From Candidatus Zixiibacteriota bacterium (GTDB lineage: Bacteria > Zixibacteria > MSB-5A5 > WJJR01): a stretch of DNA of 25,427 nt. The notes below the pieces were generated by a model that made no database searches, was not told the DNA's origin, and worked only from the letters and a program-made list of their open reading frames with translations. A program made the position numbers and the translations under genes. The DNA lies in contig JAVHPP010000177.1 of NCBI GenBank assembly GCA_036170655.1, positions 1 to 25,427 of the forward strand. The letters are read 5' to 3'. This document shows positions 1 through 8,391 of the stretch, one piece after another; the first letter of the stretch is position 1, and every line of letters begins with the position of its first letter.

Positions 1-75
1 CAGGGTTCAGAAAAAAAATACCACCCTATGACAGTTGCACGACGGCCAGGGCGTCCAAGCCGCGGCACAATCGGC

Positions 76-1410
76 TTATCGCCCACGCCCCATGGCGTTT
101 TCGAGCGCCGCGATCGCTAAATGGTAGTCGTATAGCGCGTTGACTTTGTCGGTCTGGGCCTGCGTCAGTGAAACCTGCGCATCCAGCAACTCCAGGATGG
201 TTCCAGCGCCCAGATTGTACTTCTCCTGGGCAAGATTGAAATCCTCTTGAGCGGATTTTTCAGTTTCATCTGCCAGCGCCATCTTGTCGTGGGCCAGCGT
301 CCACCCCAAAAACGCCTGCCTTACCGCCAGAGCAACATTGTTCTCCTCCTGAGTCAGCGCCTCGCCGCTGGTCTTTGCCGACACTTTGGCGCGGGAGTAG
401 TTGCTTTTCTTCAGGAAGCCGTCAAAGATGGTGTAACTGAGACTGACTCCCATTCCCCAGCGGCCGTTGTCGCTCTTGAACAGATCGCCGCGCTCGGGGG
501 CTGAATAGCTCCGCCCACCGTTCCACGAGAGATCCGGAAAGTAGGCGGCGCGGGCAATTCCGAGGCTGCTTCTCTTGGCCTCCCAGTCGGCGCGGGCGGC
601 CAGCATTTGAGGCGATTTCTCCGTGGCTTCTTTCAAGGCCTGATCGAAGTCGATCCCGAGCTCGGGTGCAGCGGTCACGTCAGCAAGATCCACTGGGGTA
701 GACACGTCCCGGTTGAGGATATTGTTCAATCCCGCCGCAGCCACATCATACTCGTTCTGGCGGGTAATCAGCGCGACTTTCTCGGTCCCGCGCCGGACCT
801 TTGCCTTCAGCAGATCCGACTGCGACTTCGATCCCAAGTCATACATCGACTGAATGGTCTCGAGATCCTTTTCAGATCGGCTGACCGCTCCCTTCTCCAC
901 CTCAAGCAGCCCCTTCGCCCTGAGTACGGCATAGTAGCTCTGTTTCACCTGGAGAATCAGGGATAACTCAACCGAGCGGAATTGCTGCTGGTAGCCGATA
1001 AGAGAATGCTGCGCTTGGCGAATCGTATAGTAGTTGGCAAGGCCATCAAAGAGCGTCTGCCGGAAGCCCAGACTGGCGCTCCAACTGCTGGCAGTGCCTC
1101 CTCCAAGAACGGTGTCGATCTTGTAGGTGTAGGGGTTGGAAATCGCTCTCACGCTGATCGGAGACTTAGACCAACTGTAGCCCATGCTCCCAGACAATGA
1201 TGGCAGCACCCCGCCCCACGCTGTCCAGACGCCCTGCTCGGCCGACGTGAGCCCGACTTTCAGCCCGGACGTGAGGACTGACGCGTTCTGCCGCAGCGCG
1301 ATATCGATGCACTGGTCCAGCGTCAGGATTTGTGCGCTTCCCGGTGCGGCGAGTGCACTGCAAGCGAATGCAGCCACGAAAAGAGCAAGCCAGAATCTTC
1401 CACGTTTCAT
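76..1410 (-). CDS. TolC-family outer membrane efflux protein (444 aa)
   Basis: Start moved to ATG 1410 (MKRGRFWLALFVAAFACSALA signal peptide) with an AAGGAG RBS upstream. OEP-repeat motifs: LTLDQCIDIALRQN, QTLFDG, YTIFDG, AQEKYNLGAGTILELLDAQ, ALYDYHLAIAALENAMG. Confidence 0.9.
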   Translation of the reverse strand: MKRGRFWLALFVAAFACSALAAPGSAQILTLDQCIDIALRQNASVLTSGLKVGLTSAEQGVWTAWGGVLPSLSGSMGYSWSKSPISVRAISNPYTYKIDTVLGGGTASSWSASLGFRQTLFDGLANYYTIRQAQHSLIGYQQQFRSVELSLILQVKQSYYAVLRAKGLLEVEKGAVSRSEKDLETIQSMYDLGSKSQSDLLKAKVRRGTEKVALITRQNEYDVAAAGLNNILNRDVSTPVDLADVTAAPELGIDFDQALKEATEKSPQMLAARADWEAKRSSLGIARAAYFPDLSWNGGRSYSAPERGDLFKSDNGRWGMGVSLSYTIFDGFLKKSNYSRAKVSAKTSGEALTQEENNVALAVRQAFLGWTLAHDKMALADETEKSAQEDFNLAQEKYNLGAGTILELLDAQVSLTQAQTDKVNALYDYHLAIAALENAMGRGR

Positions 1411-1454
1411 GAAACTCTCCTTTGACGTCAGGCAGACATTGTTACGAGTTTGCA

Positions 1455-2210
1455 TCAGGCCCCGAACTGCATGCCAATGGCCGCCAACCCGCCCTGAATG
1501 ACCACCCAGATCAACCACGCGACAAACACCGAAACGAAGGCTTTCCGGGCGCCCACATTGGCCAGAACAGAAACGGCCAGTGACGACAACCAGACCTGCC
1601 ACAACGCGAACAGTTCAAACGACGACACCAGTTTCTTCACGAAAGGCCCGGCCTCCGAAGACAGCAGCGCCCCCAATCCCAGAGAAACATCCATCGACTG
1701 CTTGGCCATCACCATCGGCACGGTCACAAGACTCGTGGGAATCACGAGCATCATCGTCCAAGCGTACGCATTCAGCATTTTCAAATACCCGCTGTTTCCC
1801 CCAAGGATAATGTTGCCCAAGAACAGCAGAATCCCTGCGACGATTGCGAGAACGAAAATCTGGATGCCGGGGACGAATAGCAGGTACAGCGGGTTTTCGA
1901 ATTGCGACTGCATATTCTCGATCATCTCGGCCCGCTTCTCTTCGGTGACCTGCGGATTGGACTTCAATTGTTCCCCAACCTTCTGGATCTGGCTTTGCTG
2001 GACGATGCCCTTGATTGGCATGTAAGCGCCAATGCTGATCGCCGAGACCAGGAGCCAGAGGATGATCCATTCATGGTTGGGGACAATGCTTGCGAAAGTT
2101 TTGCGCGGGTCGAAGAACAGATTCCACAACTTGCCACCGAAACCAAGACGCGGCGGTTCGCCGGCCGTGGGCCCGGGTGTCATAATGGGTTCACCATTTG
2201 TCATCGTCAT
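1455..2210 (-). CDS. Yip1-family (YknW-like) membrane protein (251 aa)
   Basis: ATG 2210 with GGAGGT RBS. LWNLFFDPRKTFASI motif, one TM helix, a Gln/Glu-rich soluble loop, then several TM helices ending in FELFALWQVWL and LIWVVIQGG, a pattern typical of bacterial Yip1 proteins. Confidence 0.8.
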   Translation of the reverse strand: MTMTNGEPIMTPGPTAGEPPRLGFGGKLWNLFFDPRKTFASIVPNHEWIILWLLVSAISIGAYMPIKGIVQQSQIQKVGEQLKSNPQVTEEKRAEMIENMQSQFENPLYLLFVPGIQIFVLAIVAGILLFLGNIILGGNSGYLKMLNAYAWTMMLVIPTSLVTVPMVMAKQSMDVSLGLGALLSSEAGPFVKKLVSSFELFALWQVWLSSLAVSVLANVGARKAFVSVFVAWLIWVVIQGGLAAIGMQFGA

Positions 2211-2268
2211 TTCCACCTCCCGACCAGTGTATCCCCGCACCCGTGGATTGGCACACACGATTTCAACA

Positions 2269-2295
2269 GACGGCATCCACCAGCCAAATGTTTCA
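2269..2295 (-). promoter_or_regulatory. Candidate ECF-sigma promoter for yip1-tolC
   Basis: Minus strand reads TGAAAC-N17-CGTC(T), about 60 nt upstream of the yip1 ATG. This resembles SigW/SigX/SigM-type AAC...CGT promoters. Confidence 0.5.
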
Positions 2296-2476
2296 AGTTT
2301 CCGGCACCTGGGGATTCCACCGCACCCCAGGATTCTCCGGCAATTACCTTGTTTTGACCGGAAAATTCAATCGATGATTGAGGATTAACACTCCAGCGTA
2401 TTCTGCGATCCAGTGAAGGAGATTCTGTCAAAAATCCGGACGTGTGAGGCCAGAGATTCGCGGCCATGCAAACAAT

Positions 2477-2534
2477 TTTGGAGTGCGGCGGCATGACACC
2501 GCCCGGATGCGGCGACATGTCGCCGCACTCCAAA
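2477..2534. repeat. REP/REPIN-like nested palindrome
   Basis: 14-bp terminal inverted repeat TTTGGAGTGCGGCG (2477-2490) / CGCCGCACTCCAAA (2521-2534). Inside is a perfect 20-bp palindrome TGCGGCGACATGTCGCCGCA (2508-2527) and a degenerate copy GCGGCGGCATGACACCGC (2485-2502). It lies 8 nt past the DUF4175 stop. Confidence 0.75.
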
Positions 2535-2542
2535 GTGGGAAG

Positions 2543-5500
2543 CTACTTCCCGCGTGCCTCCAGGAGCGCCCGGAAGTACTCCTTGATGGTTTCCTCGTAC
2601 TCCTTGGGGTAGCCCTCTTCCTGGTACCGCGTCAGCAGGCGCGCATACTCCTCGTCAGTCAGCCCCCGTGAGGGGTCGAGCACCGCGGGTGATGCACGCA
2701 GCATATCGTCTCCGAATTGGGCTTTCCGTTCGTCTTTGTAATCTTGTTTGTGCAGCGAGTGCTGAAAGTCGAGCATGCGCGTGTAGATCCGCCGTTGACG
2801 TTCACGAGTTTCTTCGGTTACCTGTGAGTGCCCCATGTCCTCGATGACACGCTGCATCTCTTCGGCCAGTTTGTCCAGCCGTCCGGGAAGATCGCGGCGG
2901 TCCCCCAATTCCGACTGCACGTCGTTCACCCCGCGCTGGATGGCTTCCTGCTCGGCTTTCAGACGCGACAGTTGCTGCCGTTCTTCAACGCTCATTGTCG
3001 AGCCGCCGCCTTGCTCATGGCCCGGCATCTGCTGGTTGAGGCGACCCTGCTGCTGCGAGAGTGTCTCCATCTTGCCCATGGGCCCCTGACCACCCGGCTT
3101 GTCGCAACTGCCCGAACCGGGATTGTTACACTGGCCCGAGTTCTTCTCCATTCCGTCGACCAGTTGCTGTGCGGCCTGATTCAGATCGAACAGCGATTCA
3201 CGCTGATTGTCCCGTGCCACAGGCCCCTGCCGTTCTGACAGCGCCTCTGCGGATTTCTGCATCCGTCCGGCTGACCCAGACAGGTTCTGGCCGAGTTTGT
3301 TGGATACACACGTCGATTTCTTCCCCAGTTCATCCAGTTGGGTGGCCAGCCGTTCAGTCGCGGCGCGCAACGCTTCCTGCTCCGCTGCCATGTCCCTCAA
3401 AGAGAGCGAAGTGGGTTCGAGCGGCGCGGCACGTTCCATCAGACCTTCCTGCTGGTCAGACAGATAGAATACCTTGTCGAGCGCCTCGCGCAGCTTCTTG
3501 GCGATCTCGGCCTGCATGCTGGAGGACATCTCTTTCTGGAATGACTTCATCTGGTCCAGCAGAGATTTCAACGAGCCGGAACATTGGCCGCCGGATTTCT
3601 TTGTGCCTTCCTTGTTCTGTTGTGACATGTTCTGCGACATTTCCTTCATCTGGCCCGGTGCCGGCGATTTCTGCGCGGCCTGGGTAAACTCTTGGACTTT
3701 CTCGCGAGGAGCGACCTTGTTGGCCACCAGGAGCGACTCGGCCGCCGCCAGATCCTGCGCCAGTTTCTCAAAGTTCGACTTGAGCCGCTCCTCTGACGGC
3801 GCCATGTCTGAGAGTTTCTCCTTGGGGCTCTGGCTCGCTTCCTTGTTGAGCGCCTCCTGCTGCGCGAGCATCTCCTCGAGCCGCTTGACAAAGGCATCCA
3901 CTTTCTGTTCGGCCTGCAAGCGTTTCAAGTAGTCAACGGTCCGTTCGAGGCGTTTGAGCAGTTCCTCTTGCGACAGATCCATCTGCGCCAGCGCCTTCTG
4001 GACCTCCTTGGGGTCAAGTTGCTTCATGGCCTCCTGCATTTTGCGCATCGCCTCGCGCATCTCATCAGTGGCCACTTCATTGAATAGCTTCTGGGCCTCG
4101 ACCATCTTCTGGATCAATTCCGCTGATTGGAGCTTCTGTTCGGTGGCACGCTCCACCTGCTCCTGCATCTGTTCGGCGATCTGATCCAGTTCCTTGTTCA
4201 ATTGCTGCCCTTTGGCGGCCAGCTCTTCGAGACCTTTCTGTTTCTTCCAGTCGACTTGCTGCTGGGAAGCCAGATCGCGGCGCATATCGTCGAGCTTTTC
4301 ATTTAACTCCCGCTCTCCCTCAAGAATCTTGTCGAGCGTGGTGATGTCGGCATCGCGGTCCTGCTCATACCCAGCGATCATCTCATCGAGCGACGGGAGA
4401 CGAACCGAGTAGGTCTTGCTCTGCGCCGACTTCGGCCCCGTGACACGGTCGTTGTCTGTGATCTCCACGTAGTAATGCACGAGATCTTCAGGCAGCAATC
4501 CCCAGTCTTTCAAATCCCAGAAATACCCGAGCTCCAGACGATCGCCATTCTGGCTGGCGCCGGGGATCACGAAGTCGCGGGTCGCACGTTCCCGCCCCTC
4601 GGACAGCCAGCGCGTGTGCAAAACCATCTTCGAAAAACCGTAATCGTCGTGCGCGATCATCTTCAGATCGATAGCCATGGCGTCGCTCAAATCGGCATTG
4701 TGCCCCGGCATCACGATCTCCACCGAAGGCTGCCGGTCGGCAATCGCTGTGATCGGATATTCGATCGGGTGCGGGTTGGTGCGCCCACTGGCATCAACCA
4801 GCGTGAAATGGTAGGTCCGGTTCTTGTCGATGACCAATTCCGTGGAGGCGGAATGTGAACGGACTTCGAGCGGCTTTGGATCCCCTTCGGAAAATGTCAT
4901 GGTTGCGGCGGCGAGCGGCCGGTTGCTCTCGAGCTGCAACTTCACGGACGTTCCCACAGGAGCGGTGATCGTGCCTTCGTTGTCGTCGATCACACTCGGC
5001 GCGATGCCGGTATACGGCGGCGGGAATATCTCGAGACGCAGACCGGTCACCAGAGGACGATCAACGGCGGTCACCGTGTAGGTTGGCGATGTCCGTTTGC
5101 CCGCGGACACGAAGTACTCGAAGTCATGCTTGATCTGCGCAAACGCATGACGAAATTCGCGCTGCTCATTGCGGCCGGGCTGGCTTTGGTCACGGGCCGT
5201 CGCCAAGGGGGCCACCGGCCCGGTCAGCCGCCAATCTCCTCCCGCTGTCCGCTGATGGATGGTGACGTCCGACGGGAGCTCAGTCCCGATAACATGAATG
5301 GTAATCTTGAAATCATCGAACTTGACGGCTTCGGCCGATCCCGGCTCGACCTGGAGATCATAGGGAACGGGCGGCGAATAGTCGGTCAGGGGATTAGAGT
5401 ACGCCTGCCATGAGCGCGAGGTCAGACCCGGAAAGAGCAACGTCATCAACAGCACGGCTCCGAGGCCGACCCCGGCCCACCGTGCCGACCGCTTGACCCG

Positions 5501-5950
5501 CGACCGGTCCAGCGCCGCACCAAAGTCGATCCCACGGCTCATCTCCATCGCCTGACGAATCGTCAGATCGATCAACTCCAGCGAATACCCCTCGGGATTG
5601 GCACGGGCACGGTCCGCCAGTTGCAATGCCGCGATCAGTCGGTTGCGCAGTTCCGGATGGCGATGCTCCACCACCAGCGCAAATTGTGTGTATGGCGGCG
5701 CCTTGACCGTGGATTTCACCACCGCCCACACAAGTGTCGCCACCGTCACCGCCGCCAGAAAGCTCACCACCACCACCCGCACGCCCACGGAAGGGACAGC
5801 CGCCAGTAGAACCAGCGACAGGATAACAAACGCGGAAGCGAACAGGGCCACCAGAGCGCCCAAATGCGAGGCCCACTCAAAGGCCGTCCAGCGCCGTTTC
5901 ATGTTTCTCAAGTGATCGATCAGTTGGCTATATCCGGGCATCGGCGACAT
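2543..5950 (-). CDS. DUF4175-like large membrane-anchored protein (3 N-terminal TMs, Ig-like beta region, long Gln/Glu-rich coiled coil)
   Basis: 1135-aa ORF with AAGGAG RBS. Motifs VEHRHPELRNRLIAALQL, PPPYTG, AHDDYGFSK, YYVEITDNDRVTGPK and C-terminal YPKEYEETIKEYFRAL are recalled as typical of this family. Confidence 0.75.
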   Translation of the reverse strand: MSPMPGYSQLIDHLRNMKRRWTAFEWASHLGALVALFASAFVILSLVLLAAVPSVGVRVVVVSFLAAVTVATLVWAVVKSTVKAPPYTQFALVVEHRHPELRNRLIAALQLADRARANPEGYSLELIDLTIRQAMEMSRGIDFGAALDRSRVKRSARWAGVGLGAVLLMTLLFPGLTSRSWQAYSNPLTDYSPPVPYDLQVEPGSAEAVKFDDFKITIHVIGTELPSDVTIHQRTAGGDWRLTGPVAPLATARDQSQPGRNEQREFRHAFAQIKHDFEYFVSAGKRTSPTYTVTAVDRPLVTGLRLEIFPPPYTGIAPSVIDDNEGTITAPVGTSVKLQLESNRPLAAATMTFSEGDPKPLEVRSHSASTELVIDKNRTYHFTLVDASGRTNPHPIEYPITAIADRQPSVEIVMPGHNADLSDAMAIDLKMIAHDDYGFSKMVLHTRWLSEGRERATRDFVIPGASQNGDRLELGYFWDLKDWGLLPEDLVHYYVEITDNDRVTGPKSAQSKTYSVRLPSLDEMIAGYEQDRDADITTLDKILEGERELNEKLDDMRRDLASQQQVDWKKQKGLEELAAKGQQLNKELDQIAEQMQEQVERATEQKLQSAELIQKMVEAQKLFNEVATDEMREAMRKMQEAMKQLDPKEVQKALAQMDLSQEELLKRLERTVDYLKRLQAEQKVDAFVKRLEEMLAQQEALNKEASQSPKEKLSDMAPSEERLKSNFEKLAQDLAAAESLLVANKVAPREKVQEFTQAAQKSPAPGQMKEMSQNMSQQNKEGTKKSGGQCSGSLKSLLDQMKSFQKEMSSSMQAEIAKKLREALDKVFYLSDQQEGLMERAAPLEPTSLSLRDMAAEQEALRAATERLATQLDELGKKSTCVSNKLGQNLSGSAGRMQKSAEALSERQGPVARDNQRESLFDLNQAAQQLVDGMEKNSGQCNNPGSGSCDKPGGQGPMGKMETLSQQQGRLNQQMPGHEQGGGSTMSVEERQQLSRLKAEQEAIQRGVNDVQSELGDRRDLPGRLDKLAEEMQRVIEDMGHSQVTEETRERQRRIYTRMLDFQHSLHKQDYKDERKAQFGDDMLRASPAVLDPSRGLTDEEYARLLTRYQEEGYPKEYEETIKEYFRALLEARGK

Positions 5951-5980
5951 CGCTGCAGACTCCTTTGGAATGTGACAGAC

Positions 5981-6005
5981 AAAACAAGGGGGATAAAGGC
6001 CCCTT
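5981..6005 (-). terminator. Terminator-like hairpin between DUF4159 and DUF4175 genes
   Basis: Minus strand AAGGGG-CCTTTATC-CCCCTT followed by GTTTT. Short stem. Confidence 0.4.
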
Positions 6006-6095
6006 CTACATAAGTGTTCTACGCATGAAAGTCCGTCTCGACGACATGATAAATCCGCCGTTCGACGTCCCCCTCAAGGGACAACCGCTTCCGTA

Positions 6096-6836
6096 TCAAT
6101 GAGTGAGAGCATACACGGTAATGTTTGTGCCCATACGCAACGCTTCCAGCCGCTTTTCCGGAGGATCCTTGTGGACCTGGGGATCTTCCCAGCCATCGCC
6201 AATGTCCGATTCTACAAGGTAGTAAACCATCACCCGATCATGGTCCAAAATGGCGTACCCGCGCGGCGGTTTACCGTCGTGGCGGTGGATTTTCGGTGGC
6301 CCGTCGGGAAACTCATAAGGCCCGTGGTAGATCGGGTGCGAGAACGGCAATTCCACCAGCTCTCGGTCGGGGAAAATTCGTTTCAACTCGCGGCGCACGA
6401 ACTGGTCCATCCCGTAGGAATCATTGATGAACCAGAACCCCCCCCCTGTCAGGTAATGGCGCATCTTGTCAAGTTCGGCATCTGCGAATCGGATGTTCCC
6501 ATGCCCAGTGGTAAAGATGAAAGGGTGATAGAAGAGCTGGTCATCGCTGGGCTTGACCCGCACTTCCTCTTCACTGATCGGTATATCCGTATTCTGTTTG
6601 ATAAAGGTCAGCAGATTGGGAATGGCCGATGATCCCCAGTACCAGTCGCCGCCTCCCGGATACTGGAGTCGCGCGACCGTGAATAGCGACGGATCGGATG
6701 GCGCCTGCGCTTTCTGCGGCAGACGCGCCCTGACCTGACCAGCCGCCAAGCCGGACAAACAGGCAGCGGCGAAGACGGCATGGACAATGATCCCCAGAAC
6801 GGAAATCGAACCTTTGATCTTATCGCTCACGGCCAT
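6096..6836 (-). CDS. DUF4159 domain-containing protein, probably exported
   Basis: Motifs ARLQYPGGGDWY, HPFIFTTGHG, YLTGGGFWFIND, ELPFSHPIYH, PKIHRHDGKPP, SDIGDGWED, ALRMGTNITVYAL. Hydrophobic N-terminus. Confidence 0.85.
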   Translation of the reverse strand: MAVSDKIKGSISVLGIIVHAVFAAACLSGLAAGQVRARLPQKAQAPSDPSLFTVARLQYPGGGDWYWGSSAIPNLLTFIKQNTDIPISEEEVRVKPSDDQLFYHPFIFTTGHGNIRFADAELDKMRHYLTGGGFWFINDSYGMDQFVRRELKRIFPDRELVELPFSHPIYHGPYEFPDGPPKIHRHDGKPPRGYAILDHDRVMVYYLVESDIGDGWEDPQVHKDPPEKRLEALRMGTNITVYALTH

Positions 6837-6851
6837 CGGGTGTTCTACCCT

Positions 6852-7313
6852 CTAACGGGGTGCCGGGTTGTCGTAGATCCTATCTTTTCCATCAAAACCG
6901 GGAGAGAAGACGGAGATCACCACGCAGGGTGCCGCCCCGAGGTTGTTGAAGGTGTGCGAGGTGCCCCTTGGGATATGGATGAGTTGTCCGGCGGCCACCT
7001 TATATTTGACCCCTTCAATAATCATCCGCCCGGCACCCCGAATCACCCAGATGTTTTCATCATGCGAGAGATGTTTGTGCGATTCAACAGCACCCCGCAC
7101 CTGTGTCAATTGGACGCTGGAGAGGGAATCGCGGGCGATCTGATCGGAGCGCACCTGCTGCTCCGATGGCAGCGGGTACTCGCTCAGCAATGAATCGATG
7201 TTATAAACCCCAGGCCCCTGCACCGGAGTCGCCGCCTGCGATGGACGGGAAACGCCCGCCGCAAGAGCCAAGACAAGGGACAGACTGACGAGGAATCTCC
7301 TGTGGATTCTCAT
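6852..7313 (-). CDS. Secreted cupin-domain protein (153 aa)
   Basis: ATG 7313 with GGGAG RBS and signal peptide MRIHRRFLVSLSLVLALAAGVSRPSQA. Cupin motifs SHKHLSHDENIWVIRGAG and GQLIHIPRGTSHTF. Confidence 0.8.
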   Translation of the reverse strand: MRIHRRFLVSLSLVLALAAGVSRPSQAATPVQGPGVYNIDSLLSEYPLPSEQQVRSDQIARDSLSSVQLTQVRGAVESHKHLSHDENIWVIRGAGRMIIEGVKYKVAAGQLIHIPRGTSHTFNNLGAAPCVVISVFSPGFDGKDRIYDNPAPR

Positions 7314-7344
7314 TGTATCTCCCATACTGTGACCAAACAACTCT

Positions 7345-7374
7345 GAACAAGACAAAGGCGCCTGGAGGCGCCTT
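7345..7374 (-). terminator. Probable intrinsic terminator after secF
   Basis: Minus strand AAGGCGCC-TCCA-GGCGCCTT followed by TGTCTTGTT, 35 nt after the secF stop. Confidence 0.55.
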
Positions 7375-7409
7375 GAACACTCTATTTTACTCTTTTCGGA
7401 CAAAAGGAA

Positions 7410-8339
7410 TCACGCCTTGAACCGCTTGGGCTTGCGCGTCTCCCATTCGATATATATCGGCGCAGCGACAAACCACGAGGAGTACGTCCCAATCACGACG
7501 CCAAAGATCAAGGCCATCGAGAAGTCACGCAACACCGGCCCGCCGACGACAAAAAGAGCAATGAGAACCGCCAGCGTCGTCCCCGATGTCAGGATAGTCC
7601 GCGAGAGCACTTCATTGATCGACGTGTTGATTGCCGGAACGAAATCGCCCCGCTTGTGGAATTTCTTCAGATTTTCACGGATCCGGTCATACACGATGAC
7701 CGTGTCGGTCAGTGAATAGCCGGCAAGCGTCAGGAGCGCGGTGATCAGCAAAATCGTGACTTCGACGTTCATCAAGTACATAATCCCAAGAACCGCGAGG
7801 ATATCGTGGAACGTTGCAATCGTAGCCGCCACACCGAAACGGAAATCAAAGCGGACAGTGATGTAGGCCAGAATCCCCAGCATTGACACAAGTATCGCCC
7901 ACCGCGCCTGACCCTGGAGCGTTTTCCCCACGGCCGGACCAACTTCATGGATCGAGTCCATGTGGAACGCGTTGCCGGGAAAATTCTTTTTGATCACTTC
8001 CAACACCACTTGGGAGGTGCGTGTACCGGCCACGGGGTCGGACTTGATGCGAATCACATAAGTGTTCGGTTGGACACGTCCGTGCAATTGCTGAATCTCG
8101 GCTTCGCCAAACCCGCCCCCGGCAAGAGCGCTCCGCAGCTCGCCGACGTCAGCCGCGCTCTCGAAATACCCTTCGATCATCGTCCCGCCAATGAACTGGA
8201 TGCCAAGATTTCCGTTTCCCAAGCTCAGCATGACAAGAGCAAAAAGACCCACAAGGACCAGCGCGCCCGAGAACATGAAAGCGATCTTCCGCTTGCCGGC
8301 AAAGTCGATCTTGGTATTACCAATGATGCGAATCTGCAT
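7410..8339 (-). CDS. secF: Protein translocase subunit SecF
   Basis: NLGIQFIGGT, VGPAVG, YITVRFDFRFG, HDILAVLG, ALLTLAGYSLTDTVIVYDRIREN, SRTILTSGTT, GTYSSWFVAAP. Confidence 0.97.
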   Translation of the reverse strand: MQIRIIGNTKIDFAGKRKIAFMFSGALVLVGLFALVMLSLGNGNLGIQFIGGTMIEGYFESAADVGELRSALAGGGFGEAEIQQLHGRVQPNTYVIRIKSDPVAGTRTSQVVLEVIKKNFPGNAFHMDSIHEVGPAVGKTLQGQARWAILVSMLGILAYITVRFDFRFGVAATIATFHDILAVLGIMYLMNVEVTILLITALLTLAGYSLTDTVIVYDRIRENLKKFHKRGDFVPAINTSINEVLSRTILTSGTTLAVLIALFVVGGPVLRDFSMALIFGVVIGTYSSWFVAAPIYIEWETRKPKRFKA

Positions 8340-8391
8340 CCAAAAACTCCTGCGTCAGTCGTTATCGAGTGGTTGTCCGCTGCATCCAGCC

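Noticed and set aside
61..78. CGCGGCACAATCGGCTTA, similar to the sigma54 motif at 22600
   Set aside because: It lacks TTGC at the -12 position and points antisense into tolC.
1411..1602. N-terminal extensions in the ORF track (TolC to 1602, also Yip1 2276, cupin 7403, HxlR 15127, YHS 16014, S46 25395)
   Set aside because: Downstream starts have better RBS and/or signal peptides, and some extensions overlap neighbouring genes, promoters or terminators.
7280..7313. Possible Tat signal in the cupin (HRRFLV)
   Set aside because: The spacing does not fit S/T-R-R-x-F-L-K; a Sec signal peptide is the simpler reading.
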